In this document: in pieces, positions 37,531-46,539 of the stretch
Position numbering within the stretch: position 1 is the first letter of the stretch
Layout: each line of letters opens with the position of its first letter
Assembly (NCBI GenBank): GCA_903846075.1
Contig: CAIMZW010000146.1
Location: 214-64,213 of the forward strand
Reading direction: 5' to 3'
Origin: an uncultured Actinomycetes bacterium
GTDB lineage: Bacteria; Actinomycetota; Actinomycetes; Nanopelagicales; Nanopelagicaceae
DNA length: 64,000 nucleotides
Made by a program: the position numbers and the translations under genes
Notes under the pieces: generated by a model
What the model was told of the DNA's origin: nothing
Database searches by the model: none
Seen by the model: the letters and a program-made list of their open reading frames with translations, nothing else

Positions 37531-37854
37531 TCAGTCGGTGTGGAAAATTTCTGGGATATCAGCCCACCACTCGCCATCGGCGCGATCTGCCACCGGGGTT
37601 TGGAGAGGTTTACAGACATCCCACCACTTTTGAGTTGTTGGATCGGCAGCCATGGCCGCCATATCTGCCTCAAAATCTTCGCCCACATATTCAAAATAGG
37701 AAAAGAGGAGTTCGCCGTAACGATAAATCGAGTAATTACGAATATTGCTGTTTTTAATCTGTTCTAATACGGCTGGCCAGACATCAGCATGGAGACGTTC
37801 GTACTCTTCTCGATGCTCCGGTTTCATTCCTATAACTGAGGCGAAACGCTTCAT
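37531..37854 (-). CDS. rhaM: L-rhamnose mutarotase-family protein
   Basis: Starts at MKRFASVIGMKPEHREEYERLHADVWPAVL...NYSIY...EYVGEDFEADMAAMAADPTTQKWW. 107 aa. Confidence 0.8.
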   Translation of the reverse strand: MKRFASVIGMKPEHREEYERLHADVWPAVLEQIKNSNIRNYSIYRYGELLFSYFEYVGEDFEADMAAMAADPTTQKWWDVCKPLQTPVADRADGEWWADIPEIFHTD

Positions 37855-37870
37855 AATCTCCCCTGACTCT

Positions 37871-38731
37871 CTAAAGTGAATAGAAATGTTGTGCGGTACG
37901 GAATTTAATCCACTCTTGTTCCTCTTCGGAGAATTTGGAAATAGCCTCAACTTGAGCCTTCCAAACTTCCACATAGTTATTGGCCAAGAGAATGACCGGC
38001 CAATCCCCACCTAACATTGTGCGGTTAGCACCGTATGTGGCGACTATGAAATCTACATATGGTTGCCAATCGGTCACAGTCCATCCAGGAGCCGAAGCAG
38101 TATTCAATCCAGAAATCTTGGCAAAGACATTGGGGTAAGCCGCTGCCTCCTCCATCAAAGTTGCCCATGGCTCCCAGACTTTGTGAGCAATATCGGGTTT
38201 AGCTAAATGATCAATCACAATTTTTAGGTTGGGAAAATTGCGTGCCAAAATCGGCACATTCTGAATGTGGGCCGAATTAACCGCGACATAATCTAAGGAG
38301 AGACCAGATTTCTCGACAATTGCTAGCGTCTCTTGAACTACTGGCCTGAGGATCCATTTGTCATCTGATTCGTACTTCTTATCTGCATAATTATGGGTGA
38401 GATTACGAAGACCTTTAATGAGCGGCTCGTTGCGGTATAAATCGATCGCCGCTCGAGCCTCATGTGGTCTATCCAGTGGCACATATGCCACCAAACCTTT
38501 GACAAATTCACTATGTTTGGCAACATCGAGCATATAAAAAGTATCTTCATAGGTGTCGGCAGCCTGAACTAAGACACTTGACGTCACTCCTGATGCCGGG
38601 ATGTCGGGGGCGAGACGCTCGGGGCGAAAATCATCATAGAGCGGGCCAAATGTTGGCTCGATCCAGTCGTAAGCGCGTTCGCTCATCACCCACAAATGTT
38701 GATGGGTATCGATTAATTCATTACTTGACAC
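37871..38731 (-). CDS. Amidohydrolase-2 (COG3618) lactonase, L-fucono/rhamnono-lactonase-like
   Basis: IDTHQHLW metal-binding start and IDHLAKPD. 286 aa. Confidence 0.7.
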   Translation of the reverse strand: MSSNELIDTHQHLWVMSERAYDWIEPTFGPLYDDFRPERLAPDIPASGVTSSVLVQAADTYEDTFYMLDVAKHSEFVKGLVAYVPLDRPHEARAAIDLYRNEPLIKGLRNLTHNYADKKYESDDKWILRPVVQETLAIVEKSGLSLDYVAVNSAHIQNVPILARNFPNLKIVIDHLAKPDIAHKVWEPWATLMEEAAAYPNVFAKISGLNTASAPGWTVTDWQPYVDFIVATYGANRTMLGGDWPVILLANNYVEVWKAQVEAISKFSEEEQEWIKFRTAQHFYSL

Positions 38732-38745
38732 GTTAGAACCCCTCT

Positions 38746-39390
38746 CTAAAGTAATCGGTATTCATCCCAAACCTCTCTGACACTTTTACCGCTCTGTAAC
38801 TCTTGAAGAACCGTTCGCTCATTTTGAGCCCGTTCATTTGCGGCGCTGAAAACCCGCTCGATGTACTCGGCAGGGACAACCACAATCCCATCCCAATCCG
38901 CGATAACTGCATCACCTTGCGATATCTGAACTCCACCGCATGTCACTGGCTGGTGCACCGAAGAAACTCGCATTCGACCTTTGTAATCAATGGGACGGCT
39001 TGATGCACCAAAAGCGGGGAAATCAACTTCGAGAATGAGGTTGGTATCTCGAAGCGGGCCATCGCAAACCACGCCAACTGCGCCACGAGATTTCGCTGCC
39101 GTAGAAAATAGCTCTCCCCAATATGCCGAACGGGTGGAGGGTCCGGTCGCCACGACGGCAATATCGCCAGGTAGAAGAGAATCCAGATAATCAATTGCTG
39201 TGCCATAGGGATCGTTTGCATCAAATTCCCCATCGGGCACAAATTCAATAGTGGAGGCAAGACCAACAGCACGCATCTCGATAAGTAGAGGTTTGACGGA
39301 ACTGTCCATGACATTATTGCGAATTCCAAAGGTATCGAGGGAATCCGAAACCATTGCTGTTCGAACCCTAGGATCTACATGAAGGGTCAT
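38746..39390 (-). CDS. RraA-like / HMG-CHA-type class II pyruvate aldolase family protein
   Basis: GDIAVVATG...[27 protein letters not shown]. Confidence 0.75.
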   Translation of the reverse strand: MTLHVDPRVRTAMVSDSLDTFGIRNNVMDSSVKPLLIEMRAVGLASTIEFVPDGEFDANDPYGTAIDYLDSLLPGDIAVVATGPSTRSAYWGELFSTAAKSRGAVGVVCDGPLRDTNLILEVDFPAFGASSRPIDYKGRMRVSSVHQPVTCGGVQISQGDAVIADWDGIVVVPAEYIERVFSAANERAQNERTVLQELQSGKSVREVWDEYRLL

Positions 39391-39830
39391 TTTTTCTTCT
39401 CCACTAAATAGACATGGGTGAAGGCTAAAACTGCCTCACCTCTTTGATTACTGACCACAACGCTTTCATCCACGAAGCCAAATTGATCCGCCTTCTTTGG
39501 ATGTTCTCGCTTTCCCACAATTTCCGATTGTGAAGTGATGGTGTCTCCGATAAATACTGGTGAAATAAAGCGCACCTTGTCATAGCCATAACTAAATGCG
39601 ACTTCGTTAATCTCCCCTGCCAGCATGCCAACACCTACCGAGAGAATCAGCGTTCCATGCGCAACCCTTTGACCGAAGGCTTGTGTCTTGCACCATTCCG
39701 CATCCATATGATGAGGGTAGAAATCGCCAGTTTGACCAGCATGAAGCACAATGTCAGATTCGGTAATAGTTCGCCCGAAGGAAATCCGCGAACTGCCTAC
39801 CTCATAGTCTTCCCAATACAACTTAATCAT
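39387..39830 (-). CDS. MaoC-like (hot-dog fold) dehydratase/hydratase
   Basis: 147 aa. WEDYEVGS...RTITESDI...DFYPHH...AHGTLILS. Confidence 0.75.
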   Translation of the reverse strand: MIKLYWEDYEVGSSRISFGRTITESDIVLHAGQTGDFYPHHMDAEWCKTQAFGQRVAHGTLILSVGVGMLAGEINEVAFSYGYDKVRFISPVFIGDTITSQSEIVGKREHPKKADQFGFVDESVVVSNQRGEAVLAFTHVYLVEKKK

Positions 39831-39833
39831 CGG

Positions 39834-40958
39834 CTACTCCTTTATATATTTCTCAAAAGTATCGGAGATCGCAGCAACGGTAGCCTCATTAACACTGCGC
39901 TCAACCAAGGCGGTATGAATAAATTGCGAGGAGTGAAATTGCACATCTGGCCAACCAAGTAGTCGTGGCCTGACCCAAGCCCGTTCCAAAGTCCTTAAAG
40001 TGTTACGAAAGAAATTATTGGTAATGAGATTGGCGGATTCACTTCGCCAAGCCACGAGGTTGCCGGGTTGACCGCCCCCTTGCACATAGGTGGTCGATTG
40101 GACATGCGGTAAGGATAGAAGAACCGCAATCTCGGCAGCCTTAACCGGATCCTTTGAGGCACTGGAGACTGCAATTCCAGCTCCGCCCAGTTGTGATCCT
40201 GAGGCTAAGCCATCGAAGGAAGGTAGATCGTCATAAGTCAGCAAGTTCGCCCGAAAACCGCTACGAGAATAGTTGGTGTATCCATACATACAGACAGAAT
40301 GATCAAAATCATCGCTGGATGCCAAGAGTTCGGCCGCATCTATGGGATTGAAGGAAGCGCAAAAAGCCGGAATCAAGGCCGCCAATTCGACCATAAAACT
40401 TAAGACCTCAAGCGCTGTTTTTGAGTCGATAAAATTCGAACCAGAAGCCAGTGGCTTACCTTTCTGAGCCATCAATGTGGCAAAGGTGCTAAAGGCATCG
40501 ACTGGTTTGTAAGGCCAAAGAAGTCGACCAGTTGCAGCAATGTCGAGAACATCGCTCCAAAAGATCGGCGAACCATCAGCGCGGTCTGGTCTAAATGCGC
40601 TGACCTGGGCCGCGGTATCAATCGCCAACGCCCATTGGCGTTCACGGTATTGATAGGAATCATGAGAAGCGCCAACCGAAGTTAGCCGAAGAAGATGAAG
40701 GGTCTCAGGAGATATTAATTCCTCGAAGGCAATTACCGCACCGGCTTCCACCGCATCGGGAACATGAGGGTGATCGATAATCATCAGATCATTTTCCCGA
40801 TAGAACTCGCTGATGTGTTGATCCCCAAATGCCAAAAGGGATCGCGCTTGCCATTCGACTTCACTCTGGCAGAGTTCGGCCAACAATTCATTGGAGGAAA
40901 CGACGCTGGTGAACCCACGCGGGTGGTCCCAGGTCATACCTTTGAGAACTGATGGCAT
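39834..40958 (-). CDS. Periplasmic-binding-protein-fold (ABC SBP-like) protein lacking any signal peptide
   Basis: The N-terminus MPSVLKGMTWDHPRGF is not hydrophobic. The LKGMTWDHPRG start and overall length match my recollection of a signal-less SBP family 1 group. Confidence 0.5.
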   Translation of the reverse strand: MPSVLKGMTWDHPRGFTSVVSSNELLAELCQSEVEWQARSLLAFGDQHISEFYRENDLMIIDHPHVPDAVEAGAVIAFEELISPETLHLLRLTSVGASHDSYQYRERQWALAIDTAAQVSAFRPDRADGSPIFWSDVLDIAATGRLLWPYKPVDAFSTFATLMAQKGKPLASGSNFIDSKTALEVLSFMVELAALIPAFCASFNPIDAAELLASSDDFDHSVCMYGYTNYSRSGFRANLLTYDDLPSFDGLASGSQLGGAGIAVSSASKDPVKAAEIAVLLSLPHVQSTTYVQGGGQPGNLVAWRSESANLITNNFFRNTLRTLERAWVRPRLLGWPDVQFHSSQFIHTALVERSVNEATVAAISDTFEKYIKE

Positions 40959-41890
40959 TAATGATCTCCAAGAATTCGATTAATTTCCTCGGCAAAGTAC
41001 TCTCGAACCGTTATTCCCTCGTCAATGTAACTTCCATAATTAAAGAAGCCGTGAATCATTCCGGGGTAATCTCTAAATGCGACCGGAACGTCTGCCGCCA
41101 CTAATTTCTCTTTATAGATTTCACCATCATCGTGAAGGGGATCAAAACCCGCGGTGATAATTACAGCTGGGGCTAAGCCAGAATAATCGGTGGCATTGAG
41201 TGGAACTGCGTAAGGATTTGCTCGGTCCGCTTCGTCATTTAAATATTGTTCCCAGAGCCAAATCATGGCCGCCTTCGTTAAGCCATAACCCGTGGCATTT
41301 TGAATATATGAAGGAGTTTCAAAATTAACTCCGTTGCATGGATAGATCAACCATTGGTAGGCCAGATGATCTTTGCCAACATCGCGAATCTTGAGAGCAA
41401 CGGCAGAAGCAAGATTTCCTCCTGCGCTATCACCTCCAATTCCGATTTTGGCTGGATTGATTTCAAGTTCACTTGCGTGGGCCACCGTCCACTCGAACGC
41501 CGCATAGCAATCATTAAAGGGGATCGGGAATTTGTGTTCTGGCGCTTTTTGATAATTAACCGAAACGATCACTGAATTAGTCAGTTTTGCCATTGCCGCC
41601 AATTGAGCGTCATATTTGGAAATGTCATTGAAAACCCAACCGCCGCCATGGAAGTAGACCATTCCATTGAACGGACCTTCCCCTTCCGGACGATAAATCG
41701 TGATTGGTAGATCGGCCGTTGGCCCGGTGAAATATCGATGGCTCATCTTCACGGAATGATCAATCGGGCCACTGAAATCTACTGGAGTGTGTCCGCCGGC
41801 TCTGCCTTCATACACGGAGATCTTCCACAACTCCGGTGCATCAGGATCTAAGTCAAGAAAGGCGCGACATTGCGGATGAAGTTCAGCCAT
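40958..41890 (-). CDS. Alpha/beta hydrolase, hormone-sensitive-lipase-type esterase (paralog of 31556-32494)
   Basis: HGGGW, GDSAGG and HGF motifs. Start MAELHP chosen by alignment with the paralog. Confidence 0.8.
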   Translation of the reverse strand: MAELHPQCRAFLDLDPDAPELWKISVYEGRAGGHTPVDFSGPIDHSVKMSHRYFTGPTADLPITIYRPEGEGPFNGMVYFHGGGWVFNDISKYDAQLAAMAKLTNSVIVSVNYQKAPEHKFPIPFNDCYAAFEWTVAHASELEINPAKIGIGGDSAGGNLASAVALKIRDVGKDHLAYQWLIYPCNGVNFETPSYIQNATGYGLTKAAMIWLWEQYLNDEADRANPYAVPLNATDYSGLAPAVIITAGFDPLHDDGEIYKEKLVAADVPVAFRDYPGMIHGFFNYGSYIDEGITVREYFAEEINRILGDH

Positions 41891-42860
41891 TTTTTCCCGC
41901 TTTCGTTGATTCAATGAATTTGCCTACCGCCGCCCAGGCGCTCTGAGGGATCGGTGTATCAAAAGCTTCAATGTTTTGTTTTACTTCCGCAGCGCTGCGG
42001 CATCCGACGAGTACTGATTTAACTGCTGGATGTTGCAGCGGGAATTGGATAGCAGCCTCGGCCAAAGTTATACCGAACTCTTCCAAAATACTTTCCAATT
42101 TAAGTGCTCGAACGAGTACCTCATCCGAAACTGGCGCATAGTCGTAATAAGAAGTTGGAACGGGATTAGCCAATACTCCAGAGTTGAAGACTCCCCCAAT
42201 GATGATGTCTACGCCGCGAGCCAGCGCTGCGGGTAGGAGATCTTCTGCTGCGCTTTGATTGAGCAAGGTATACCGACCTGCAATCAACACCAGATCAATT
42301 CCGGTTTCATTAACGAATCGAGTTGGGATAGCACTTTGGTTCATACCAACACCGATCAACTTTATTAACCCCTGATCGCGCAGCTTTTCTAAGGCTGGGT
42401 AAGCCTGCGAAATTGCGACATCTGCATAGTCGTCAGGATCGTGAATGAAGGCAATATCCAAGAAGTCCAAGCCCAAACGTTCCAAACTATCTTTCAAGGA
42501 ACGCTCGATCCCAGCAGCCGAGTAATCAAAAACTCGTTCTAGGCCTAGATTCGCATCAGCGAAATCTGGGTCTGTGGCTCCTGACGATGGAACTAAAACT
42601 CGACCCACTTTTGAAGAGATGACATAACTACTTCGTGGAAAATTCCTCAGGTACTCGCCTACTCGAGTTTCCGCAACTCCCTTTCCATAATGAGGCGCGG
42701 TATCGACAAAATTGATTCCGGATGCAAAAGCGGCATTAAGGGCGGCCTGACCATCAAATTCGGAAACGGAATTGAATAGCCCTCCGAGAGGAGCGGTCCC
42801 CAAAGCTAATTGGGTGACGTTGACTCCATTATGAAGCGCCACTTTTCTCGAATGAGGCAT
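41883..42860 (-). CDS. Aldo/keto reductase (L-fucose / D-threo-aldose 1-dehydrogenase role inferred)
   Basis: Starts at MPHSRKVALHNGVNVTQLALGTAPLGG. NFVDTAPHYG and IHDPD motifs. Confidence 0.75.
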   Translation of the reverse strand: MPHSRKVALHNGVNVTQLALGTAPLGGLFNSVSEFDGQAALNAAFASGINFVDTAPHYGKGVAETRVGEYLRNFPRSSYVISSKVGRVLVPSSGATDPDFADANLGLERVFDYSAAGIERSLKDSLERLGLDFLDIAFIHDPDDYADVAISQAYPALEKLRDQGLIKLIGVGMNQSAIPTRFVNETGIDLVLIAGRYTLLNQSAAEDLLPAALARGVDIIIGGVFNSGVLANPVPTSYYDYAPVSDEVLVRALKLESILEEFGITLAEAAIQFPLQHPAVKSVLVGCRSAAEVKQNIEAFDTPIPQSAWAAVGKFIESTKAGKNG

Positions 42861-42873
42861 GTACTTTCCCTCC

Positions 42874-45591
42874 TCAGACCGTGCTCGTTGGAATAAATGA
42901 TCGATGGGAATTTTGAGCCGACTGCATAACTGTGGCTCGACCAGCCTCCAAGCGAGCGATTGGCACCCGGAATGGAGAACAAGAGACATAGTCCAGCCCT
43001 AATGCGTGGAAGAAGTGGATACTGAGTGGATCGCCACCGTGTTCACCGCAAACACCTAACTTCAATTTAGGTTTTACTTTTCGCACTTCATCGACTGCCA
43101 TTTTTACCAACAGACCCACGCCATCTTGATCTAAAGATTCAAAAGGACTAAACGGTAGAAGTTCTAAATCCAGGTAACGCGGAAGGAAGGATGATTCAGC
43201 ATCATCTCGACTAAATGCCCAGGTCATTTGAGTTAGATCATTGGTTCCGAAGGAGAAGAAGTCAGAATAATCCGACAGTTTGGCCGCGGTAATTGCAGCT
43301 CTGGGAGTCTCGATCATGGATCCGATTTTGATATCGAGGTTGCTGTCGTTCTCTTTCAACACCCGAGAAATTTCAGCTTCTAGCGTAGATCGGAAGTAGA
43401 GCAGTTCTCGTTGGCTTGCCACTAACGGAATCATTACCTCTGGACGAACGATGATTCCTTCTCGTTGCGCAGCTAGAGCCGCCAGAGTCACGGCTCGGAC
43501 CTGCATCGTGAAGAGGTCGGGAATCAGGACTCCAAGGCGTACTCCACGAAGGCCCATCATGGGATTGGTCTCATGCCATCTGTTGACCGCTCGATACATT
43601 GCGCGCTCACGTTCGGATGTAACTTCGCCCTTTGCTTCCTGCACGGCAATCTTGACTGCCAAGGTGGTGCGATCGGTTAAGAATTCGTGTAGTGGCGGAT
43701 CAAGAAGTCGAATTGTTACGGGCAAACCGTCCATGGCTTGAAAAATCCCGGTGAAATCTGCGAACTGCAATTTCTCCATCTCGGCAATAATTGCGCTGCG
43801 CTTCTCATCCTCTTCGGCCAAGACCAACTCTTCAATAAAGTGACGTCGCTCGCCCAGAAACATATGTTCGGTTCTGGTTAATCCAATTCCTTCAGCTCCC
43901 AGCCTTCTCGCCACCACAGAATCTTCAGGTGTATCCGAGTTCGTTCTCACGCTCATGCTTCGCACCGCATCTGCATATCGAAGAAACTGATCTACCGCCG
44001 AGATCACTGGAGTGAAATCAGCATTGGCTATCTCGCCCTGCAAATACGAAGTGACGGGCGAAGCAACCACGGGAACCGAACCTAGAAAAACCGCTCCAGT
44101 AGAACCGTCGATTGAAATGACTTCGCCCTCATGAACCTTCACTTCACCTACGCTGAAATACTTCTCGGCGTGATGAACCACAATCGCCTCTGCACCGCAA
44201 ACCGCAGCCCGACCCATTCCTCGTGCCACCACCGCAGCATGTGAAGTCTTACCACCACGGCTCGTGAGAATGCCCTGAGCGGCAACCATGCCGGCCAAAT
44301 CCTCAGGGCTGGTTTCTCTACGAACAAGAATTACTTTCCTACCTTCTAAAGCTAAATCAGCAGCAGTACTTGATTCAAAGACGACTTCGCCAACGGCTGC
44401 TCCAGGGGATGCTGCGATGCCACGGGTTAATTCACTCTTCACTGCTTTCTTATCAAATTGCGGGAACATTAATTGACTCAACTGTTCGCCACTAACTCGG
44501 GAGATGGCCTGATCCATCGTGATCATTCCTTCGCCCACAAGGTGCGATGCAATGCGAAAGGCCGCCTCTGCTGTGCGCTTGCCTACCCGAGTTTGCAGAA
44601 TCCACAACTTTCCAGACTCGATTGTAAATTCGATATCGCACATATCCCGATAGTGGGATTCCAAACGTTGCATAATTTTTTGTAATTGAAAGAATGAAGT
44701 TGGATCGAGTTGTTCTAGATCGGCAAGTGGTAGCGAATTTCGAATTCCAGCCACCACATCTTCGCCTTGTGCCATCGGTAAATAATCCCCATAGGCCCCA
44801 AGGTCTCCGCTGGCAGGATCTCGAGTAAAGCAAACTCCAGTTCCAGAAGTTGTTCCCACGTTTCCAAAGACCATCATTTGAACATTGACTGCAGTGCCCA
44901 AATCGTTGGCGATCCGCTCCCTTCGGCGGTAGAGCTGGGCTCGTTCAGAATTCCACGAATGAAATACCGCCTCAATGGCACGATGAAGTTGGGTTTGGGC
45001 ATCGTAGGGAAATTCTTGACCAGTTTCACTTTCTATGAGTGCTACATGGCGCTCACCCAGATCTCGCAACGCATCTGGCGACAAATCCGAAAGATCTTTC
45101 ACGCCATTTTCGGCAAGAACCTCAAGCCTTACTTCATCAAATATTTCATTGGAGAGGCCACAGACGATCCGACCGAACATGTCGACAAATCTGCGATAAG
45201 AATCCCAAGCGAATCTGGCATCACCGGTAATCCTGGCTAGGGCGTCTGCCACTTCCGGAGAAATACCAACATTAAGAACAGTCTCCATCATGCCGGGCAT
45301 GGAGAATTTGGCCCCTGATCGCACTGAGACGAGCAATGGATTCTGGGTATCACCAAATGTTTTGCCAGTTGCACGCTGCAAATTCGCTACTGCAATATCA
45401 ACTTCCTCGCGCAGCTCCGAAGAGATTCCGCCAGAAATGAGAAATTCTTGGCACGCCTTTGTAGAGATAGTGAATCCATCGGGAACCGGAATTCCCAATT
45501 TCACCATTTCTGCGAGGTTTGCACCTTTACCACCAAGAAGATCGCCCATGGAGCGATCGCCGAAATCAAACGGAAATACCCGGGTCGACAT
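42874..45591 (-). CDS. ppdK: Pyruvate, phosphate dikinase
   Basis: 905 aa. GGKGANLAEM, phospho-His motif GGKTSHAAVVARGMG, C-terminal GVCGEHGGDP. Confidence 0.9.
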   Translation of the reverse strand: MSTRVFPFDFGDRSMGDLLGGKGANLAEMVKLGIPVPDGFTISTKACQEFLISGGISSELREEVDIAVANLQRATGKTFGDTQNPLLVSVRSGAKFSMPGMMETVLNVGISPEVADALARITGDARFAWDSYRRFVDMFGRIVCGLSNEIFDEVRLEVLAENGVKDLSDLSPDALRDLGERHVALIESETGQEFPYDAQTQLHRAIEAVFHSWNSERAQLYRRRERIANDLGTAVNVQMMVFGNVGTTSGTGVCFTRDPASGDLGAYGDYLPMAQGEDVVAGIRNSLPLADLEQLDPTSFFQLQKIMQRLESHYRDMCDIEFTIESGKLWILQTRVGKRTAEAAFRIASHLVGEGMITMDQAISRVSGEQLSQLMFPQFDKKAVKSELTRGIAASPGAAVGEVVFESSTAADLALEGRKVILVRRETSPEDLAGMVAAQGILTSRGGKTSHAAVVARGMGRAAVCGAEAIVVHHAEKYFSVGEVKVHEGEVISIDGSTGAVFLGSVPVVASPVTSYLQGEIANADFTPVISAVDQFLRYADAVRSMSVRTNSDTPEDSVVARRLGAEGIGLTRTEHMFLGERRHFIEELVLAEEDEKRSAIIAEMEKLQFADFTGIFQAMDGLPVTIRLLDPPLHEFLTDRTTLAVKIAVQEAKGEVTSERERAMYRAVNRWHETNPMMGLRGVRLGVLIPDLFTMQVRAVTLAALAAQREGIIVRPEVMIPLVASQRELLYFRSTLEAEISRVLKENDSNLDIKIGSMIETPRAAITAAKLSDYSDFFSFGTNDLTQMTWAFSRDDAESSFLPRYLDLELLPFSPFESLDQDGVGLLVKMAVDEVRKVKPKLKLGVCGEHGGDPLSIHFFHALGLDYVSCSPFRVPIARLEAGRATVMQSAQNSHRSFIPTSTV

Positions 45592-45615
45592 GACAGCCTT
45601 TCTAAAATGTAAGTC

Positions 45616-46539
45616 TTATGACTTAATGGACCCAGCAAGCATTCCACGAACCAATCGCTTCTGGCTGACCATAAATACGATCATGATCGGCACTGCAACG
45701 AGCACACCGGCAAGGGCAATCTCAGGCTTGAGAATGGGGACCGAAGTCGCGCCAACTCCCGGATTGATGGCTGGGGTGGAATAAAAGAGGAATCCCAGAC
45801 CCAATGGCAGAGTGTAATTCTGGCTCGACGGTAAGAAGATGTAAGGCATGAAGTAGTTTGCCCAGTTGCCAATGAAGGCAAAGAAAGCGAGCAGAGAAAT
45901 GAGCGGCCATGACAGAGGTAGAGCGATCTTGGTATACAACTTAATATCGTTGCACCCGTCAAGACGAGCCGATTCATAGAGCTCTGGCGGAATAGTAGTC
46001 GTGTAATAAATATAGGAAAGAAAAGCACCAAAGGGATAGAGCGAGGAAATTAGAATCACGGACCAGGGATTATCAATCAGGCTCACTTTATCCATCTCGA
46101 CAAAGAGCGGAATGACAAGAGCAACTGGTGGCACCAACATCATGATCAAAGTACTTATCAAGAAGGTGCGCTTGAACCTAATTTTGGAAGCCGAGATTAC
46201 GAAACCCGCTAACGAAGCTGTGATAGTTCCAATGACCACAATCGCCGCCGTATACATCACGGAGTTGATAACCCATTGCCCGATAACGCCACCATCGAAA
46301 AATTGTAGATTTTTCCAAGCTTTGACATAGCCATGGAAACTTCCGAAGGAGAGCGGATTTCGATGGGTGACCTGTGGATCCGTCTTTGATGGCGCAAGAA
46401 TCAACCACAACATCGGAATGACACTGATGATGGCAAAGAAAATCAGCCACCCATTGACAAGGGCTAAACCCCAGCGACTCTGAGCACGAATCTTTCGATT
46501 CTTCACCGGTGCAACTTCAGGTTTCTCTAACAGTGCCAT
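45616..46539 (-). CDS. Carbohydrate ABC transporter permease (MalG-like)
   Basis: EAA loop ESARLDGCNDIKLYTKIALPL. Six TM helices. Confidence 0.85.
   Translation of the reverse strand: MALLEKPEVAPVKNRKIRAQSRWGLALVNGWLIFFAIISVIPMLWLILAPSKTDPQVTHRNPLSFGSFHGYVKAWKNLQFFDGGVIGQWVINSVMYTAAIVVIGTITASLAGFVISASKIRFKRTFLISTLIMMLVPPVALVIPLFVEMDKVSLIDNPWSVILISSLYPFGAFLSYIYYTTTIPPELYESARLDGCNDIKLYTKIALPLSWPLISLLAFFAFIGNWANYFMPYIFLPSSQNYTLPLGLGFLFYSTPAINPGVGATSVPILKPEIALAGVLVAVPIMIVFMVSQKRLVRGMLAGSIKS

Noticed and set aside
37531-38010. Long N-terminal extensions in the ORF track. This one adds 52 codons to the rhamnose mutarotase. Similar cases: 1420-2604, 3414-3866, 5601-6059, 6841-7581, 9437-10993, 11618-12559, 21448-22062, 29039-30112, 41883-42989, 57443-58225.
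   Set aside because: The extensions overlap the neighbouring gene or promoter, have non-protein-like composition, and the family-typical N-terminus begins at an internal Met/Val. They are usually placed to give an ATGA/GTGA/TAATG overlap with the upstream stop.
34708-39390. Reading the amidohydrolase-2 / RraA-like / Gfo-Idh-MocA trio as LigI/LigK/LigC of the protocatechuate 4,5-cleavage pathway.
   Set aside because: No extradiol dioxygenase (LigAB), LigJ hydratase or LigU isomerase lies in the window. The trio is embedded with a sugar mutarotase, an aldose dehydrogenase and a sugar ABC importer. It is kept only as an alternative in the CoA-module finding.
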